Shown here: piece after piece, positions 60,370 to 64,000 of the stretch
Numbering within the stretch: the first letter of the stretch is position 1
Layout: every line of letters begins with the position of its first letter
Program-made: the position numbers and the translations under genes
Notes under the pieces: generated by a model
What the model was told of the DNA's origin: nothing
Seen by the model: the letters and a program-made list of their open reading frames with translations, nothing else
Database searches by the model: none
Source of the DNA: Candidatus Omnitrophota bacterium
GTDB taxonomy: Bacteria; Omnitrophota; Gorgyraeia; Zapsychrales; JANLHA01
DNA: 64,000 nt
Direction: 5' to 3'
Assembly: GCA_022711395.1 (NCBI GenBank)
Contig: JAKLFA010000001.1
Location: 195,277-259,276, forward strand

Positions 60370-60936
60370 ATGGACCAGCGCATAAAAAGCATCGTTTTGG
60401 AAAGTATTCGGGTCAAAGAAGAGGCCTTTCGGCAGAATATGGAAAAGATCCAGTCCGCGGTCGAGATGATCACGGACTGCTTCAAGAATGGGCGCAAACT
60501 GCTGATCTGCGGTAACGGCGGTTCTGCCGCTGACAGTCAGCATATTGCCGCGGAATTCGTGGGCCGTTTTCAGAAGGAACGCAAGGCTCTGGCGGCGGTC
60601 TCGCTTACGACCGATACGTCTATTTTGACATGCCTTTCAAATGATTATCAATTTGATTGCGTTTTTTCCCGTCAAGTCGAAGCCCTTGGAGAGCGCGGGG
60701 ACGTGTTTTTAGGGTTGTCCACCAGTGGGAATTCAAAAAATGTGGTTCAGGCTGCCCGTGCCGCCCGCTCAAAAGGAATGCGAACGATCGCGATGACCGG
60801 TGAAGGGGGCGGGCTTTTGGCTGAGGCGGTTGAGCTGTGTTTGGCCGTTCCATCGAAGGTCACGGCTAGGATCCAGGAGTCCCACAGCACCATCGCGCAC
60901 GTGATCTGTGAACTGGTTGAAGAACAATTTTCCTAA
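60370..60936 (+). CDS. gmhA: Sedoheptulose-7-phosphate isomerase (SIS domain)
   Basis: SIS motifs (CGNGGSAADSQH ... STSGNS). Confidence 0.85.
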   Translation: MDQRIKSIVLESIRVKEEAFRQNMEKIQSAVEMITDCFKNGRKLLICGNGGSAADSQHIAAEFVGRFQKERKALAAVSLTTDTSILTCLSNDYQFDCVFSRQVEALGERGDVFLGLSTSGNSKNVVQAARAARSKGMRTIAMTGEGGGLLAEAVELCLAVPSKVTARIQESHSTIAHVICELVEEQFS

Positions 60937-60937
60937 G

Positions 60938-61420
60938 ATGATGAATTCCAATAAAAAAATCGTCAGCCTTGCCTCGCTCAAGCGAAAACTTTCCGCTCTT
61001 CGCAAACAGAAGCGGACGATCGCCTTCACCAACGGATGTTTTGATATTTTACATTATGGACATGTGAGTTATTTGCAGAAGGCCAGGGCCAAGGATCGAG
61101 TTCTGGTTGTCGGATTAAACAGCGATTCATCTGTGCGAAAGATCAAAGGCCCGCAAAGGCCCGTTAACAGTGAGTTGAACCGGGCTGGCGTCCTGGCAGG
61201 TTTGGAGTGCGTGGATTTTGTGACGATCTTCAATGAAGAAACACCCTATGAACTGATCCGGGCCGTGAGGCCGGATATTTTGATCAAAGGGGCAGATTGG
61301 AAGGGAAAGGCGGTCGCCGGTTCGGATCTGGTCAGCCGGGTGGAGTTGATCGAGTACGTCCCCAACCTTTCAACAACCAGCATCATTGGCAAGATCAAGA
61401 AAAGTGGCCAAGCAAGTTGA
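60938..61420 (+). CDS. D-glycero-beta-D-manno-heptose-1-phosphate adenylyltransferase (HldE/RfaE domain II-like cytidylyltransferase fold)
   Basis: TNGCFDILHYGH (HxGH nucleotidyltransferase motif). About 160 aa, immediately after gmhA. Confidence 0.8.
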   Translation: MMNSNKKIVSLASLKRKLSALRKQKRTIAFTNGCFDILHYGHVSYLQKARAKDRVLVVGLNSDSSVRKIKGPQRPVNSELNRAGVLAGLECVDFVTIFNEETPYELIRAVRPDILIKGADWKGKAVAGSDLVSRVELIEYVPNLSTTSIIGKIKKSGQAS

Positions 61421-61826
61421 TCAAAAAATCTTTCGTGTTTTGGACGCCAACTTCAATAGGGCCAAGGAAGGCTTGAGGGTTTGCGAGGATATTTGCCGTT
61501 TTATCCAGGAGCAGCCGTCCTGGACGCGATCCTTGAGGCAGATCCGGCATGGGCTGACGGATATTCAGTGCTCTTTGAGCCGTAAAGTCCTGCTGGGCAA
61601 TCGGGATATTGTCGGGGATGTCGGTAAAGGTTCTTTAGAGGCAGAATTTTCCCGCAGGAACGTGAGGGATATTTTTTATGCGAACATCCAACGCGTGAAA
61701 GAATCCATCCGTGTCCTTGAGGAATTCATGAAATTGGTGGATAAAAAGAAGGCGCAAGTCTTGAAGTCCTCCCGGTATAAGATTTACGATTTTGAACGCA
61801 AGTCCTGTGAAAAGTTTTCGTTTTGA
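61386..61826 (+). CDS. Conserved hypothetical protein immediately upstream of thiE (possible ThiE-associated domain)
   Basis: ORF of 146 aa (or from GTG 61404) overlapping the preceding gene. No motif I can confidently name. Confidence 0.4.
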   Translation: MARSRKVAKQVDQKIFRVLDANFNRAKEGLRVCEDICRFIQEQPSWTRSLRQIRHGLTDIQCSLSRKVLLGNRDIVGDVGKGSLEAEFSRRNVRDIFYANIQRVKESIRVLEEFMKLVDKKKAQVLKSSRYKIYDFERKSCEKFSF

Positions 61827-61862
61827 AAGTGTGATTTTTCTGATATAATTTTGTGCTTAAAT

Positions 61863-62507
61863 ATGGAAAATAAGATAGATATGTTGCGCCGGGCAAAGGT
61901 TTATGTGGTTCTGGACCGCTCGGTGGTGGATTATACAAGGCTGTTTGATCTTTTAGGAATTTGTGTTGATGCCGGAGCAGATGTTGTTCAGCTGCGTGAC
62001 AAAAGCGGATCGGCAAAAGAGATTCTGTCATTTGCGCGCGACGCGTTGAAACTGACGCGCGGGAAACTGCTGTTCATTGTCAATGATCGACTGGATATCG
62101 CCTTGGCCGCGGGTTGTGACGGGGTTCATTTGGGCCAGGAGGACCTTCCGATTGAGGAGGCTCGCAGGATAGCGGGATCCGGTCTGATGATCGGCGTTTC
62201 ATGCCAGACTTTAGAACATCTTCAGGAGGCAGAGAGCGCCGGGGCGGACTATGTCGGTTTTGGGTCCGTCTTTAAAACATTGACTAAGCCCCAACGCAGT
62301 CCCATGCCGCTGGATGTTCTCAAATCTGCATGGGTTCAATCACACATTCCGATGTTCCCGATCGGAGGAATCACGCTGGACAACATAAGCCAGTTGCTGG
62401 CGCTGGGTATGAACCGGGTCGCTTTGACGCGGGGGATCTGTTTGGCGTCAGATCCCGCTTTTGTGATCCGGGAATTAAAAATGAGATTGTCAAACATTGC
62501 GGTTTGA
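61863..62507 (+). CDS. thiE: Thiamine-phosphate synthase
   Basis: TIM-barrel ThiE motifs (VQLRDK, FIVNDRLDIALAAGCDGVHLGQEDLP, GADYVGFGSVFKT, GGI). TTG at 61851 is an alternative start. Confidence 0.88.
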   Translation: MENKIDMLRRAKVYVVLDRSVVDYTRLFDLLGICVDAGADVVQLRDKSGSAKEILSFARDALKLTRGKLLFIVNDRLDIALAAGCDGVHLGQEDLPIEEARRIAGSGLMIGVSCQTLEHLQEAESAGADYVGFGSVFKTLTKPQRSPMPLDVLKSAWVQSHIPMFPIGGITLDNISQLLALGMNRVALTRGICLASDPAFVIRELKMRLSNIAV

Positions 62508-62558
62508 GATCACGAGTGTTCACGTTGAAGAATTTTCACGATAGAAGTCGCGATTTAG

Positions 62559-62632
62559 GCGAGGGTAATTCAGTGGTAGAATTCCAGCTTCCCAAGCTGG
62601 CTACGCGGGTTCGATTCCCGTCCCTCGCTCCA
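62559..62632 (+). tRNA. tRNA-Gly (anticodon CCC), with the CCA end encoded
   Basis: Acceptor GCGAGGG/CCCTCGC, D-arm AATTCAGTGGTAGAATT, anticodon arm CCAGC TTCCCAA GCTGG, T-arm GCGGG TTCGATT CCCGT, then T-CCA. Confidence 0.85.
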
Positions 62633-62668
62633 TTTTTATGCGGAACGCGTTCTCTGAAAAAGGTATTG

Positions 62669-63313
62669 ATGGCGGTGGTTTTGCTGATGGGTGGGGCCTT
62701 ATCCGGATGCGCCCCGGTGATCTATGATCCAGGCGAATATTACGGGTATAAACCACAAGGGATCTATCATACCGTCGAAAAGGACCAGACGCTCTGGCAG
62801 ATCGCGCAGGCTTACCAGGTTGGGCTTGATGAGATCGTAAGGGTCAACCAGATCGCTAATGTGGCCAATATCAAAGTTGGCCAAAAGATCCTTATTCCCA
62901 GGGCTCAACAGCCGCTCAATATTCCCGTGCAGGATATTGATCCTGACCGTTTGAAATTCGCGTGGCCGGTCGAAGGAGAAGTTGTTGGATTTTTTAATGG
63001 AAAGAGGGCCTATTTTAACAAAGGCATCAAGATCCAGGCCCCGGGGAGAAGCTCGGTGAGGGCCGCGCGCTCCGGTAAGGTCGTTTTGGCGGACTATTTG
63101 ACAGGCTACGGACAGGTTGTGATCGTGGATCATCAGGACGGTTTTATGACGGTTTACGCGCGCACAGCGAATCGCACGGTGAAGCTGAATGATCATATTT
63201 CAAAAGGTGATAAATTGGCGGAGATCGCGGATGCTGCCGGAAAAGCATTTTTGTATTTTGAGGTTCGCAAAGATGGCATCGCTGATAATCCCTTGTATTA
63301 TTTGCCCAAATGA
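62669..63313 (+). CDS. NlpD-like lipoprotein: LysM domain plus a degenerate M23/LytM domain
   Basis: Lipobox LSGC after a signal peptide. LysM (YHTVEKDQTLWQIAQAY...GQKILIP). The M23 domain has HxxxD conserved but the HxH motif replaced (FLYFEVR), which suggests an activator rather than an active peptidase. The ORF-track start at 62330 runs through the tRNA and is rejected. Confidence 0.75.
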   Translation: MAVVLLMGGALSGCAPVIYDPGEYYGYKPQGIYHTVEKDQTLWQIAQAYQVGLDEIVRVNQIANVANIKVGQKILIPRAQQPLNIPVQDIDPDRLKFAWPVEGEVVGFFNGKRAYFNKGIKIQAPGRSSVRAARSGKVVLADYLTGYGQVVIVDHQDGFMTVYARTANRTVKLNDHISKGDKLAEIADAAGKAFLYFEVRKDGIADNPLYYLPK

Positions 63314-63327
63314 CAGAGGCAGGTTTT

Positions 63328-64000
63328 ATGGTTATGATGGGGTTGGATAAATTTTACGGTCGCAAAGACATCTTAGAGCTCCTTAAAAAAAGGGTCTTGG
63401 ATTTTAAGGATGGGTATCGTCAGAACATCGCACTTTTGGGTGAGCGGTATATTGGAAAGACCAGTGTCCTTCATAAATTTCTTGAAAGTATTGAACTGCG
63501 TAGCGTCATTCCGGTTTACGTCGACCTCGAGAACCGAGAACTCGGGCAATTCTGTGAAAGAATTTCGTCATCCTTGCTGTACCAATTTTTAAGATCCCGT
63601 GGGCAATCCTGCCATGAGGATTTGAAGCTCTTGCTCGAGAGCGCACAGGATACACTTCCGTTAACGGTCAAGAGCATACGTCGCATCCAGGCGCACTTAG
63701 CGCATGGGCGTCAGGCGGATGCTTATCGCGAGGTTATCGCGCTTCCTCAGATATTTTCCTCTGAAACAGGTCTTTTTTGTGTGTTGATCCTGGATGAGTT
63801 CCAAGCTTTGGATGATTGGGACATCCCGGACGTTTTTCGTGACCTTGGCAAGACGATCATGACACAGAAACAATGTTTATATATCGTGTCCTCATCGTTG
63901 CCGAGCACGGCCGAGACGATCCTTTCAGAAAAACTTTCTTTGCTATTCGGGAATTTTGAGGTCCGCTGGGTGGAGCCATTTTCGATCCGGACCTGTCAGG
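63328..64000 (+). CDS. AAA+/Arch_ATPase-like (DUF234-type) P-loop ATPase, 5' part (runs off the window end)
   Basis: Walker A GERYIGKTS, Walker B VLILDEF. The ORF is open at 64000 and is not in the ORF track. Confidence 0.6.
   Translation, partial: MVMMGLDKFYGRKDILELLKKRVLDFKDGYRQNIALLGERYIGKTSVLHKFLESIELRSVIPVYVDLENRELGQFCERISSSLLYQFLRSRGQSCHEDLKLLLESAQDTLPLTVKSIRRIQAHLAHGRQADAYREVIALPQIFSSETGLFCVLILDEFQALDDWDIPDVFRDLGKTIMTQKQCLYIVSSSLPSTAETILSEKLSLLFGNFEVRWVEPFSIRTCQ

Noticed and set aside
62330-63313. ORF-track CDS starting at 62330
   Set aside because: Its first ~110 codons run through the thiE 3' end and straight across the tRNA-Gly gene. The real gene is the lipoprotein starting at the ATG at 62669 (signal peptide with LSGC lipobox).

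Overview
Mostly core bacterial genome. The first ~32 kb are one contiguous plus-strand translation/transcription super-cluster. It runs: rpsA 3' end, tyrS, tRNA-Thr, rpmG, tRNA-Trp, secE-nusG-rplKAJL, rpoB-rpoC, rpsL (overlapping the rpoC 3' end)-rpsG-fusA-tuf, the complete S10/spc/alpha operons (rpsJ through rplQ, with no L30 gene), secY-adk-map-infA-rpmJ and rpoA. The remaining ~32 kb are metabolic and accessory genes: an aminotransferase, a lone pilT, isocitrate dehydrogenase and lipB with a stand-alone lipoyl-domain protein. Next comes a tightly packed five-gene glycolipid/lipid-A-like operon (GT28 - LpxL-like acyltransferase - GT2 - TonB-like - GT-C). The most unusual locus follows it. 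A membrane sensor histidine kinase sits directly upstream of a trimeric HydABC-type [FeFe] hydrogenase, and the hydrogenase's NuoE-like small subunit carries an N-terminal response-regulator receiver domain; hydG is downstream. After that come dgkA, an ACAD-like gene, a minus-strand lemA/GIDE pair, DUF1844-trm112-aroQ, pepP-efp-accB-accC, asp23/amaP, a PFK-family gene linked to gmhA and a heptose-1-P adenylyltransferase gene, thiE, tRNA-Gly(CCC), an nlpD-like lipoprotein gene and a partial AAA ATPase gene. I found no rRNA, CRISPR, transposase or phage genes. Three small genes absent from the ORF track (rpmG, rpmJ, trm112) and three tRNAs were found by reading the sequence. LpxL, TonB and lipid-linked glycosyltransferases point to a diderm cell envelope, and the hydrogenase points to an anaerobe. 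All coordinates were counted by hand and may be off by 1-3 nt.
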